From Azolla caroliniana (Eukaryota > Plantae > Polypodiophyta): a stretch of DNA of 64,000 bases. The notes under the pieces were generated by a model that saw nothing but the letters and a program-made list of their open reading frames with translations, made no database searches and was not told the DNA's origin. Position numbers and translations under genes: made by a program. The stretch is taken from the NCBI GenBank assembly GCA_043228905.1, contig JBHGNT010000001.1:29946001-30010000 (forward strand). Direction: 5' to 3'. This document shows, one piece after another, positions 1 to 12,338 of the stretch; the stretch's first letter is position 1; each line of letters begins with the position of its first letter.

Positions 1-1686
1 GAGTCGAAGACCCATAAGAATATGCAAACAAAGAGCTAGACAAATACTCGCCAAAATAAAAGATTTTGCAGCAACATCCTTGTAGCTCCCTTGCAATTGC
101 CCAAATGGATGATCTAAAAGTACATGCCTTTTCACCTTGTTCCAACTTTCATGTGCGTAGAATCGTAAATAACTACTAATTGTTGTTGTAATGACTTGTA
201 AGAATGATCTCATAGCTTCATAACTCATTTTTCCAGCCATATCCACTGCAAGCTCACGATTACTTGGGATAGCTAAAGTCCTTGAAACCCCTTCAATAAA
301 TGTTTGCATTCCTCCCCTATCTCCAGTATCTATTTCATGATTGTTATTTACAATCAGATCTCCTAAGCTTGATTCCCTACTGATGCATTCTGGAAGACTC
401 TGGAGTTCAGGTATAACTTCACCTACGTGTGTGGTCTCCATTGATGACGACGATATCTGGTGTTGGTGTTGGTGTTGGTGTTGTGAAGAGAAACGAGGAG
501 AGTATTTCTCGACTTTCCATTTATACTTCTGCCCTTCATGCCTCTGTGCCAATGCATTCTTTTCATTGAAAAGAACAGTATATGAAGTCCTGACAAATGT
601 TTCTATCGCACCATTGCAAAGAGAAGTCAAAACATCTTTCATTTTATCTTTATGCAATGGATTGGTAATGCCAGCCACCATATCGTCATAGAAGTTCACA
701 TCCTTAGTTTTTTCTATGTAGATGGTCACAGCTGTACTAATAAAGATTTGTATGCACTCAGTGATCAAAGCCCTGCATTTCTCATTGGCCATAACATCCA
801 GAAACTTAGAATTTAATGGCTTTTTCTCTGCATCTTTTCCTGCTTTGAACTGACTGTTTGATGGCAATATGCCACCCAGGCTTTGTGCAGATTCTTTTGA
901 AAATCCATCGAAGAAAGCTAGCACAAAATTCCTTGCAATGGCTCCAGCAACAGCTGACACAAACCCTACAGCAGGATCACTGAGCAACTTTGAGAGAATC
1001 CTGTCTGACAATTCCTCAGAAGCTTTCTTTCCTTTCTGTCTAAAGCTTACAGGTTCATAATTAGATCCAACAGAGTAACATTTTTGGGTTTGCTCCTCGT
1101 AATCACATGCAGATTCCTCTAGATTTGACAATCCAGGGCCTTCTAATTCATGCTCCAATGAGCCATAGTTGAAATATCCACTCGATTCTTCTTCATTCTT
1201 GGTGACAAAGCAAACCTCTCTTATTTCTCTGCATGCCACATCTTCATTGAGAGAACCGCTATCCCTAGCCCCATGCATAGTCCTTAAACTATCAATATTA
1301 GGGACTTCAGATCCATGATTTTTTTTTGACTTCAAACCTTGCAAGAGGCCGCGAGTAAGAGCGGCAGAGAGAACTGTGGCTGTTTCCTGAAACTCATGAC
1401 ATTGACCTAACTTGAAAGCTTGCCTTAGGCTACGTGGCACAGTATCTTCATCAGATGATAAAAATTCTTTCAAATCCTTGGAAATTAAGGATATTGATTC
1501 AGCACTTTCAGATATGGCTTTGCCAAAGAGAGACATAGTGTTCATGATCTGAAGCAACTTTCTGCGCCTCTGAACAAATGCTGAAGAATTGTATAAACGA
1601 TAAGATGCATAACCACTTGCCACGATCACCACTGCAGCAAACAATACCTTGCGGTGACGGGTACGGTTTCCCAAGAAAAGGGACAT
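1..1686 (-). CDS. PHLOEM PROTEIN 2-LIKE A10-like protein, single coding exon, 3' end beyond window edge (>562 aa)
   Basis: ATG at 1686 with an in-frame TAG upstream; the frame stays open to base 1, which is why it is absent from the ORF track. Translation MSLFLGNRTRHRKVLFAAVVIVASGYASYRLYNSS..RRRKLLQ..SAESISLISKDLKEFLSSDEDTVPRSLRQ..KCRALITECIQIFISTAVTIYIEKTKDVNFYDD..NPLHKDKMKDVLTSLCNGAIETFVRTS..LAIPSNRELAVD..AAKSFILASICLALCLHIL matches my recollection of the PP2-A10 family. A probable 5'UTR exon ends at a G|GTAAG donor near 2730. Confidence 0.85.
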   Translation of the reverse strand, partial: MSLFLGNRTRHRKVLFAAVVIVASGYASYRLYNSSAFVQRRRKLLQIMNTMSLFGKAISESAESISLISKDLKEFLSSDEDTVPRSLRQAFKLGQCHEFQETATVLSAALTRGLLQGLKSKKNHGSEVPNIDSLRTMHGARDSGSLNEDVACREIREVCFVTKNEEESSGYFNYGSLEHELEGPGLSNLEESACDYEEQTQKCYSVGSNYEPVSFRQKGKKASEELSDRILSKLLSDPAVGFVSAVAGAIARNFVLAFFDGFSKESAQSLGGILPSNSQFKAGKDAEKKPLNSKFLDVMANEKCRALITECIQIFISTAVTIYIEKTKDVNFYDDMVAGITNPLHKDKMKDVLTSLCNGAIETFVRTSYTVLFNEKNALAQRHEGQKYKWKVEKYSPRFSSQHQHQHQHQISSSSMETTHVGEVIPELQSLPECISRESSLGDLIVNNNHEIDTGDRGGMQTFIEGVSRTLAIPSNRELAVDMAGKMSYEAMRSFLQVITTTISSYLRFYAHESWNKVKRHVLLDHPFGQLQGSYKDVAAKSFILASICLALCLHILMGLRL

Positions 1687-3418
1687 TGTTTTTGGCACAA
1701 AAACCCTTGGTTTTCTTGTCAGAGAGTCATCCTAATGTTTATCTTTACCTTCAATCTAGTGAGGAATAACTTATGTTTCTATGAATATTCAATAGCCATG
1801 TTGGAATTAGTGTTGAAGATGCATTCCAGATTTCTATGAGAATATGATTGCAAAAAGACTTGAAAGGCATTTAGGATGTTTGTGTTTTTTTATGAACATG
1901 GTAGATTTTTATGAAGATATGATAGCAGCCAAAAATGTTTTGAATCTGTGCCAAAACAACATAGAACTCTGTATAGATCCAACTGCCATTGAATGTTTTT
2001 CGGGTGTCTGTGCTCAGGCTTGGTTCATGTTTATACAAAGATCTGACTGCAACACAACTTTTTCTTGTCCGAAATTCATGTATGTCTGGAAAAACAAGGA
2101 ACATTTTCAGAGAATGCAATGTTTCCTGATTTTTCACATCAGTGTTATTAATTTTTTGCTTCAAAAACAAATAAACAACAGACACATTGCGATGAATAGA
2201 GAATATTGATTGATCCCAAAATATCTGATTGGCATGTTTGGAAAAATTAGGATGTTGAAGACAAAACAAGGGTTGCAAAGGCATAAACTAAACATCGTGT
2301 TCACTTCATGAACAGAATCAATATCTGGCCTTAAAGATCGGAAATGTTTTTGAATGAATAAAGTACTCGTTTTTGTCAAGAACGACCAATAAAAAAGGAA
2401 AACATCCACAGCTAGCCATGATTTATCCTAAACGATACAGATTCTATGAAGATCTGATTGCAACAAACGTTTTCTGGACCTATCCATGTTTGAAAAAGCC
2501 GAGGAGATTACAAAAATTGCAATTCCCTCAGAGGTTTTTGATAAACTTATGCAGCCATCTATTTTCTTCACGTTCAATGAAAAAGAACCAGAGAATGGAT
2601 GTCGACCGTTAGGAGGATAAAGGTTTGAATACTGGAATTGTTTAGAAATAAATAATGAGTGACTTACTGTAAGAAAAAGCAGAAAAAGATCAGACATTTG
2701 ATGGGTAACTTTGAGAAAGGAGATCTTACCACGGATGCTGTTCTGGGGTAAAGGAACTACACGTGAAGAACAGGAAAAACTCAGAGAATCCATAGAAAAC
2801 CTTGAATCGGAGAGGCCATGGCTAACCTTAAACGGGATTGAAGATCGTGGCGCGTTTCCAAGCAGAGACGAAAGTGACCGTTCGATGGAAGAAGAAGAAG
2901 CAGCGGAGGATGAAGGGGAACGACAGAAAAACTCAAAAGAATCGATGGCTAACCTAGAAGGCAGGAGAGGAGATCTGGTCTGCCATTTTGTTTGTTTGTT
3001 TGTTTGTTTTTTTCCATGGATTAGGGAAGGAAGGGAGGGATGGGGGGGATTAAGAAGCAGAGAGCATTGGCCCCATTTTCTTCTTCTGTTTTTTATGTGT
3101 GTGGGATAAGGGCTTTTCTGTTCCTCTCCTTCTTTTCTGTTTTGGTAGATACATATATCATATATGTATTATTGATAGTCCTAGAGTAATCTCCATCCTT
3201 GATACAACAGCATACATATATAATGTCAAGTGTTCTATATAGACTACATATAGCCAATAGGATAGATCATAGGACATTCATAAGGGCTCTGGACCAATGC
3301 CCGGCCATGTGAACTTTAGGGGGGTCAATGCATAGCCATGTGAACTTGGGCCAACCTATCGTCCTGCTTTATGGACTCAATATTTTATACCTATAGGCAA
3401 GCTAAATTTCGCAAGAGT

Positions 3419-4043
3419 CCTATATATTTGGATGGCAGCTTTCAAAATTAGAGATGCGTCTCTTTGAATCGAAGTATACACTTGGAGCTCGTTAGGTCGC
3501 CACATATGTACATGGTGCAGCTGGACAATTCTAGAGAGGAGCATGCCATTATCTAACTTTTACCGTTGCTTGGAAAACAAGACAATCCTGGCAATAGAAC
3601 AAAGTGGGAGCATTGCATTTTTTTTATCTCGCCGTGTATTGTTTTTGCTAGCGAATCTTAAGTTGTGTATTTTTCTCATATAAAAACTTTGATCACAATG
3701 CTATCTTGAGATCATGGAATTCCTATATATTTGGATGGTAGCATACAAAATTAGAGGCATGTCCCTTTGAATTTAAGTATGCATTTGGAACTCGTTAGGT
3801 TGCAATATACATGGTGCAACTGGAAATTCTAGAGAGGAGCATGTCATTATTTAACTTTACCGTTGCTTGGAAAACAAGACAATCATGGCAAAGGAACAAA
3901 GTGGGAACGTTGCCTTTTTATGCAATAGTTGCTTACAAATTCGTCGTGTATGTTTTTGTGAGCGAATCTTAAGTTGTGGATTAAAAGTTGTGTGTTTTTT
4001 CATATAAAAACTTTAATCATAATTCTATCTTGAGATCATGAAC
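3419..4043. repeat. Diverged ~300-bp tandem duplication
   Basis: Copies ~3419-3720 and ~3722-4043 both start CCTATATATTTGGATGG, share GTTGCTTGGAAAACAAGACAATC, and end CTATCTTGAGATCATG. Confidence 0.9.
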
Positions 4044-4909
4044 ACTAAGATTTAAACTCTCCATGTATGCTATTTCCTTTTGATTTCTCCACCTTAAGAT
4101 TTTCAAGCTCAATGCCTCACATGCATTATTCCTAGGCAAGCTTCAATCAACCTTCCAAAATTTTGGCTAGACAATTTAATCTCAAAGGGATGGTGTTTAT
4201 GAGGGAAGTAACCCCAATTAAGCAAGACCAAAATTATAACAAGTTCTTAGTATTTGGGTTCGACATCACGTGTACTCGTGTGATGCCCTCTCCAGTCAAC
4301 TTTGACCTCGATGAGTTCACGTTTCTTAAACACGATATTGTCTATTGTTTAACTTGCACAAGGCTCGAGTTCATGTTTCCCAAGTGCCTTCTACTTTGTT
4401 GTTGTCAACCTTAATGAGCTCATGAGCTTCTACCACAATACACAATAAACTTCCAACAATTCTCTTCAGGTGTTTTTGCGTTCTTGATGGTTGTCGAAGG
4501 TTGTATATGACCTTCGAGTATTCCTTGGGCACATCGAGAACATGTTGTATTCAAATTCACCATACACACTAGTAATATAAGCCATGTCTCGAAAATAACC
4601 TTTAAGCCAAATATGAAGGGCCCCATTTATACTACTTCTACACAAGTAAATCACCATACAAATGCAAGGGGTGATGCTATGGCAATTTACAACATCGTCT
4701 TGTCCCTAGTTACACAGAGGTGCTAGAATAATAGGTTTTATAGCCTCGATTAACATATCCTTATCGAACAAAGAATTAAACACCACCAAGAAATTGTAAT
4801 AACAAAAGGGTTAAGGTAGTAAGACAAATATACTAGCATTAGCTCTTCCTTAATCAAGAAAGGTAACCTTGTCTTTCTTTAGCTGGGATAATGCTAAAAG
4901 AGGTAGTAT

Positions 4910-5385
4910 CATCTTACATGACATGTCAAAAGAAGAAAGGTCGATTAAACCATAATATTTTACATTGACATGCCAATATCAAGGAAACCCTAAGGATCGA
5001 TCTCTTACATACTGTATGCTAAAAGAGGCAAGATCCTAATAATCTCTGTCATTATGGATGCCAAAAGAGACAAGAATCAAGGAAACCCTCACAATCTTGT
5101 GTCAGTCAGAGGCGAGATCAAGGAAACCCTTAATAATCCGACATTATGGATGGCAAAAGAGGTGAGATCCAAGGGAAACCCAAAGAATCTTACATCAAAA
5201 GCAAAGATCCACGAAGTCCTAATAAATCTTATACATCAAGAGAGAAACGATCCAAGGAAACCAAAATCTTACACAACACAGTAGGGGATGCCCAAGGAGA
5301 CAAAGAGAAATAAGATAAAAATCTTACATGACACAAATGCCAAAATACAAAAAAGATCAAGGAAACCCTAGTAATCTTTACATGT
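4910..5385 (-). repeat. Degenerate 40-55-nt repeat array just downstream of the psaG stop
   Basis: About 11 units, most starting AATCTT(A)CA on + and many containing GATC(C)AAGGAAACCC and ATGCCAAAAGAG-like motifs. Confidence 0.75.
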
Positions 5386-5423
5386 AGAGAAAGAAGGTTG
5401 GGGGGGGGGGGGACGACACCCAT

Positions 5424-5912
5424 TTAGAATGTGGGGTCATATCCATTGGAGGCGGTGGCGAGGATGAAGAAGGCGACGGCGTGACCGAGGGCGCCCCAAG
5501 CGAGGACATCCACGAGTGTGAAACCGGCGGGGTCACCGGTCTTGAGGAAACCCGAGGCTTCGGCCGCGCGGGCATCTCCGGCCTCGAAGTGGGTCACTCC
5601 GTTCTGGACGGGGAGGCCCGCCTTCTTCACCTGAGACCTTTGGAAGGGTAAGAACACGAACCGGCCCAAGAAGAGCAATGCCCCATTGCTCAGAGTTATA
5701 ATTAGGGATGGGTTCAGTGCATCGCAGCGGACCTTGGAGATGCTTCTTGCGTTCTGTGTCTTGCCTGCGAAGCTCAGCTGGGTGCTTGAGCTGTGGGAGA
5801 TCCTTCGCATTGGGAGGAGAGAGCTTCCCCTCAATCCATTGAGGTGAAGAGGTAGTTGTCTGTTGCTGCTGCAAGCTACCATTGATGCTGAAGCTGAGCA
5901 AGAAGCAGCCAT
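5424..5912 (-). CDS. PSAG: Photosystem I subunit G (PsaG) precursor, intronless, 162 aa
   Basis: Ser/Ala-rich transit peptide followed by [72 protein letters not shown], typical PsaG. The ORF-track extension to 6068 is microsatellite UTR. Confidence 0.96.
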   Translation of the reverse strand: MAASCSASASMVACSSNRQLPLHLNGLRGSSLLPMRRISHSSSTQLSFAGKTQNARSISKVRCDALNPSLIITLSNGALLFLGRFVFLPFQRSQVKKAGLPVQNGVTHFEAGDARAAEASGFLKTGDPAGFTLVDVLAWGALGHAVAFFILATASNGYDPTF

Positions 5913-5917
5913 CTCTG

Positions 5918-5950
<33 letters not shown>

Positions 5951-6097
5951 GTCTTTTCTTTTCTGTCTGTCTGTCTTGTGTAGAATGCCTGCACGAGATA
6001 GAAAGAAAGAAAAAATGGTACAGATGGGATTTGGAAACAACAAATGGATTGGGTTTGTGTGCGTCCAATTGGCTTTCGTTTTTGTGGATTGCACACG

Positions 6098-6128
6098 CCT
6101 TTATCCTCTTGAGGGAAAGCTTATCCTT
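6098..6128 (-). promoter_or_regulatory. Paired GATA/I-box-like motifs upstream of psaG
   Basis: GGATAAAGG and GGATAAGC on the minus strand ~190-215 nt upstream of the ATG. I-boxes are typical of light-regulated photosynthesis genes, but the motifs are short. Confidence 0.4.
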
Positions 6129-7599
6129 TTGTTATATGATATATCTATGTCTATAAGACCATATGTATGTGTATATATGTATGTATATACATATATACAT
6201 ACATATATGGAAGAAAGAACTAAAATTCCTTCTCTCCTCTTACCAAGGAGATGCTCCAATGCATGCAGCACGGTCCGTCCGTAAGCCCCATCACACGTTG
6301 GAAAAGCTCTGAATTGAAAGTCTTACCAAAAAATCATTGCCCTCCATACCCTCTCATCCCAAGCATATTTGTATACAACTCTTATGTGCCACGAGTTTAG
6401 ACTTATCGATCTTCAGAAATGAGTGGCAATGGAGTTTGAAAACATGGTTACAATAGCCTTCACAAAACAAAGGAAGAAGAAGAAGAGGGGGAATCCGATG
6501 CAATCTCTTGGAACGGGCTCAAGTTCCATTGCTCAACCTTTAAAGATTTCGAATTTCGATGCTTGTATGGTACCCTTGAAAACCTTACTTATCATTGTAT
6601 GATGTACCATCAATCATCGTGAGCCCAACCCTATGTTCATCTGGAGTGCTCGCTCATATGGAAATATGCAATATGTTGGCGCAAACTTATTTGGTCACGA
6701 AGAATGTGGGTGACATGACATATTGTCTAACTTATGATCAAACCAACCCATGTCCAATTGTGAATAAGAGGGAGTTTTTACAATGTTATACATGTGTGTA
6801 TTTGTATCATGTTAGTTGATGAGTTGCATTTCCTCGTGCCATTTTATCTTGTGTGGAAATCTTTAATCTTTAATCCATTTTACCTTGCATATATCCTCTA
6901 TAATTCCTCTAACTCAAAGCAACATGCAACGTTTGACACTCCCATTGCTTTATGATGTTGATACATGTTGATGTTGACTATTTGCGCAATTTTGTAGATC
7001 TTTATTTAAACTTTTTATTTGGGTGGAATCTTAGATACGAGCTAATTCGTCGAGGGCATTTGCCCAACTTATCTTCCGATGCTATCATAGTAGCCTTGTT
7101 TTCAAAACATATGTTATCGAACAATAACGATTACATTAGTTGATCCAAATCTAGAAATAACGTGAAACATAAAATGAGAGATTGAATACAATACTTGTAT
7201 GGCAAGGACAGACTACACACGACTTAACATATGAGAGCCATTTGGAGTAATAGTTTCTAGTTGTCATGCTTGTTGCTATAGCAGTAAAATATTATTCACT
7301 TGTGCTTTACATATAACTTATAAGGCATGATATGGAATATCTCATTTGGGGTTGATTGACCTAGTAAAGGTGGTTGACAATATATTTTTCGCGGAAGTTT
7401 CTCCGTGATCTATTAACAATTTTAAATTGTCGATGTGTGTTGGCATCAATATACTTATGCATGTGGCAAGTTTAAATTACGCTGGGTGTTTGCATTCATG
7501 CACACAAACAAAAAGGCATTACGAGAGAGAGAAAGAAAGAAAGATATATCAACGTTTTCTAGAGAGAGAGAGAGGGTTGAAGATTCTAATTGCAAGTAA

Positions 7600-8060
7600 G
7601 GCTTGGTAAGTTTGAAAGACGCTATTTTAGAGTCACATAGACAAATGATGGCAAGTTCGATCAATGTGAAATAGGTTTCATTTACCACATGGATGTGGTT
7701 TATTTTGGCATTTCCTATTCTAGATTCCCCAAATCTAGAGGTGGTGGTCATGGAAACATGGAAAGATTGGACATTTGATAGTAAGAAAAACACTAGTTGT
7801 GGTGCACTCAAATGTCGTACACCATAAGTTGGTTGAAGTAGAGCTTGGTTAGCAAAGAAGGTTATGGATACATGGCAGGTCACCCACCGTTGTAAAAGTG
7901 TGAATGTGGACTTTTAGATTGCCAGATGACACTCTCATCATCCATTTTTGAGCATAGGCGATTCTTCGCCATGTGATGATGGGTGGGTAGGTCAGGGAGA
8001 TGCGAGACACAATTTCATTACATGTCTCGGTGGGTGGTGGGTAAGCCAACCATTTGGGTT
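7600..8060 (-). mobile_element. Decayed dispersed repeat, probably a LINE endonuclease fragment; related copy ~39730-40090
   Basis: Both loci share GCTATTTTAGAGTCA...TAGGTTT(C/A)AT(T/A)TACC...TCTCATC(A/T)TCCATTT. The minus strand gives a GESRI motif. No intact ORF. Confidence 0.4.
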
Positions 8061-8863
8061 GGTGATGCTATACACAATGTCGGGCATCGGTCGGTTAACT
8101 TGCATTGTTTCGTCATCTGTTTAATAGGGTTTCACAGAGGGAGTTAGAGTAGAGCTCTCTCTACCCAACCCCCCACCCAGCATATCGCGTGGTGTTCGAG
8201 TATGTGATGTGGTATACCGTATAACTATTGGAGCATGAGAGAGATGGGTTCTTGTGGTTTGATTATTGGACTGACTTACTTCGTGGGGTAAATAACATAA
8301 TCAGAATCATCATAATAATATTAATTTTCGTAATGTTACACACACAGACAGACCTTTACTTACTGCTACTGCTACTACTACTACTACCAGTAACAGTCTC
8401 TCTCCCTGTCTCTCTCTCTTTCTCTTTCTGCGTATGCGTGCAGGCGTGTCTCAGGCTGTCCATCGATCGATCGACTGAGGGCCGTCGAAGACAGACGAGG
8501 ACGGAAGGAAGAATGAAGCGGGACGCCAGCGCCTTCCTCTCTCCTTGATGAGCTCTTACCTCAGTGATTAGTTGAAGAAGACGAAGACGAAAGTAGGGTA
8601 CAGGCTTTCATCTCTGTTAGCGAGAAGAAGAAAGAAGGATAAAAAGAGAAGGGGCCACAGAAGAAAGAAGGAAGGAAGAAGAAACAAAAAAGAAAGATAA
8701 AGACAGGAGACAGAAGAAGAAGTAGTGAAAATAGGCGTTTTGTTTTTCTCTTCAAGCAAGAAGGAGAAGAAAAACAATCGTTTTTTCCCCTCTTTAAGCA
8801 AATAGAGAAGAAATCCGACGTTTCCACTCCATATCCATCTCTCTGTCTGCATCCATAGCAGCC

Positions 8864-11800
8864 ATGTACAACGGCATAGGACTTCAGACACCCCGTGGAT
8901 CTGGAACAAATGGCTACATACAGTCCAACAAGTTCTTCATCAGGCACAGACCTGTTAGGGTCGAGACAAAAGAGTTCCAGGAAGGTCAAGGCGCAGGCGG
9001 AATCACTAGGAAAGCAAACAAGGATATATTAGAACATGACAGGAAACGACAGATCGAGCTTAAACTTGTCGAGCTTGAAGAAACTTTAGTCGAACAGGGT
9101 TACACTGATGATGAAATCATTCAAAAGATTGAAGAGTCCCGGAAAGCCATGGAAGACATGCCTCCTGAACAAGAAAACGATTCCTCTTCCAGGTGAGTCA
9201 GGGGAAATTTTGTTTATTTATGTTATTTCTTTTTCTTTTTATACGTGTTCTTTTCAGGTCTGCCATTCCTATGCTAATTTGTCCAGCTGACTGTTTTAGG
9301 TTTTCGGTAGTCCTTACTCTGTTAGGTCTTCTGCTCATTTTTGTTCTGATTATGCTAGATTTTCTGTATTGCCCTAGGTGTACATCTAGTCAAATATTCT
9401 GTCTTTGATTCCTGTTTTTTTTATATGAAACATGTTTCTGTAGTTGTTTTAAGCCCTATTAGATTTTGTTTTGTCATGTCATAGATGTTTGGGCTATGTT
9501 TTGCCATATGATATATCGTACATTTTTCTTAAGTTTACTGTAGGCATGTTTTCATGTTTTCATGTTTCCTGTTTTGTAGGTTGATTTTAGACTTTGGTTT
9601 AGATTTTTAGATTTTGATTGTTCTGTTTTTTCCTAGATTTAATCTCTGTTCAAGTTTTTATTTTCTCAAAATTTACATGTTTACTTCTGTTTTTAGGGTT
9701 TTGATTTCAGAGTTTCTTGGCCTGCTTCTACGTTCTGTTTTTCACGATTGATCATTGGCCTGATTTTAAAGACTAGTAGTATCAAATTGTAGGACCATGT
9801 TTAATTCATCATCCAAACTCTACTTAAATAACATGGCTTATAAAAAAACTTATTTAGACGAACATCGATCAAGCATCATTACTTGATATCATATAAGAAC
9901 ATGACAAATGCGAAAGGCACTGGTGTGAATAGGAAAACAATTTTCACAAAATTGGGGAGAGTCATATTGTTTTGTGATGTAAAATAATGACACAGTCAGG
10001 GAGGGAATTGTTTGATTTTCCTTAATTCAATAAGTGTTTTTTCTCAGGACCCGCTATTGAGTAACTGTTTTTTCTCATGGAAAACTGTTAAGTTCTATTA
10101 GTCTGCAATCATTAATATTCAAGTAGCAAATGGACAAACTCGGGGAAGAAATTTTGGACAGTATCACAATCCTAATGTACAGTAGATAGTTGTATATAAT
10201 ACAATTGGGCATGCTCCAGAGTGGTTCACACCTTCTCACTCTCGTTTTCACCAACTATAGGGTGTCTGACCCCCCAAATGCGCTAGCAACTATCCAATGA
10301 GGCATATTTTTGTTGTATGCTAAGTAGGTAGGAATGAGCCCCTTTATACTTGACACATATTGATTGCATAAGATTTCTTCTTTTAGGATCTTTGGTAGTA
10401 TCATAACACAGTTGAAAGAATTTATTATACATCTGCAAGGGTTGTGTTTTCTTGCGAAGAACCAAAATTGATGTCCATTGGCTGCTCATTATTACCATTT
10501 ATGATGCAAACAAGTATTTTCAGCCTCCATAGGAAGCTTGAATAATTGTGCAATAATTACATGTGTTTTCAGTTTGTATTTCTGCAGTTAAATTAAGTTC
10601 TTTCATGTGCAAAAGGTCTTCCAGGTCTACTATGTAAAAATTGTATGCAGCACTTTGACTGATAGTTCTAACAGTCTAACAAGAGAATACTTTTTTTGTG
10701 TGCTTTTACTGAAGGCTTCCAGAAAATACACATCAGATTGCTGCCAAGAAGGAAAAACAGATTGAGATTTTGAGATCTGCCCTTGGCATTGGTGATGTGA
10801 AAGAGGGAGAAGCGTTTGATAGAGAACTTCAAGAACAGAAGAAACAAGAGAGAATTCTTGCGCGTGAAGAGAGGGAACGGGAGAAGGAGCTCAAGGAAGC
10901 TGAGAAAAAGAAAAAAGAGAAAGAGGAAAAGAAAAAACAGGAAAGGCTAGAGAAGGAAGAACAGAAGAAAAAAGCTGAAGAAATGAAAGCTGAAAAGAGG
11001 AGGAAAAAAGAGGAGAGACAGCTGAAGGAGCAACTGGAGGAAGAGCTTATTCGTCAAGAAAAGGAGAGGAGGGAAGTGGAATCTAAACAATCGAAATCAA
11101 GCAAGTATGACAAAGAGAGCAGAGACCATAAAAGGGAGAGAGATGCTAGAGAGAGCAAGGAAAAGAATGAGGACTTTGATGTAAGAGAGAGGAAAGAGGA
11201 AGATTATATGGATAAGGAGAGAAAGCACATTAGTAGAAAAGAAAGAGAGGATATAAACCACAGGGAAAAGGAGGAGAAGAATGACAAAAGAGAGAGAAAA
11301 GAAGAGGATGACAGGGAAAGGGTGAAAAAAGGCATTGATAGAAGAGAAATGAAAGAAGAGGAGGTCAAGGATAGAAAGTATGGTAGCAGAAGAGAGAGAG
11401 AGGATAGGAATAAGGAGGAGCATATTGATAAAAGAGAGGTAAAGGAGGAGGATGCCAGAGACAGGGTGAGAAAAGGTGTTGATAAAAGAGAAATTAAAGA
11501 AGAGGATGACAGGGACAGGGAGAAGAGCATTAGAGAGAGGGATAGAGTGGTTGCAGGTTTTAAGGACATGGAGAAAAAGGATATTGAAAAGAGAGAGAGG
11601 AAAGGTGAAGAGGTCAGGGACAAGGAGAGAAAACAAAGAGAGAGGAAGGATGAAGAGAGCAGAGATAGGGAGAGAAACTACAGAGAGAGGAGGGATGACG
11701 AGAGCAGAGACAAGGAGAGAATCCACAGGGAGAGGAAAGATGAAGAGATCAGGGACAGTGAGAGAAAGTATCCAGAAAGAAAACAAAGGAGAGATTGGGA

Positions 11801-12338
11801 AGTGAGGGAAGAAAAGAGTAATAGGCAGGATATGAAGGAGAGAGATGTGAGAAAAGGAGATGATGAAGATAAACAAGGTAGAGAAGAGGTAACTGGATTG
11901 CTAGGAAAGCGTGGAAGGAACACTGATGATAAAGAAGAGCATGCAATTGAAAGAAAGGACATAGCTTACACTGAGAGCAGCGAAGAAGAGGGTGAAATGC
12001 GCATGAGGAGAAATTCTGACTTTGACCAAAAGAAGGATTATATACGAGAGACGGAGAGTAAGAAAAGGCCTTACTCAGATAGCAGTGAAGAAGAGGACAA
12101 AGCCAGCAAGAGGAGAGATGTTAAATATGAGGAGCAGAAGCGTCATGGTAGACATGATAGGGAATATAAACTTGGGAAGAATGATGTGAGAGAAGGGCAT
12201 AATGCTGACAATTGGAGTGCCAGTGATGACAGGAACAAACGGAGGGAATCAAAGAACTATGAGGAAGGAAGGAAATCACATCGGGACGATGAAGACAGGA
12301 CTGATAGAGTGAAATCAAGGGATAGAGACCGGCACTGA
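8864..12338 (+). CDS. CWC21: Pre-mRNA splicing factor CWC21/SRRM2-like, 2 exons (8864-9192, 10715-12338), ~650 aa
   Basis: Diagnostic N-terminus [22 protein letters not shown] and cwf21 domain [23 protein letters not shown]|GTGAGT donor and GAAG|G acceptor are phase-compatible and give [21 protein letters not shown]. Long charged tail. Confidence 0.93.

Noticed and set aside
2428-3109. ORFs 2428-2793(-) and 2711-3109(+)
   Set aside because: Low-complexity leader/intron sequence of the PP2-A10-like gene. The obvious splice to the coding exon does not keep frame.
4910-5385. CRISPR-like look of the repeat/spacer array
   Set aside because: The context is eukaryotic, the repeats are degenerate, the spacers are mutually related, and there are no cas genes.
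5533-6284. ORFs overlapping psaG and the 52-aa upstream extension
   Set aside because: Alternative frames of a GC-rich CDS plus microsatellite UTR; no recognisable protein.
11097-11962. Long hydrophobic minus-strand ORFs (259, 139, 94 aa)
   Set aside because: Antisense shadows of the purine-rich CWC21 exon.
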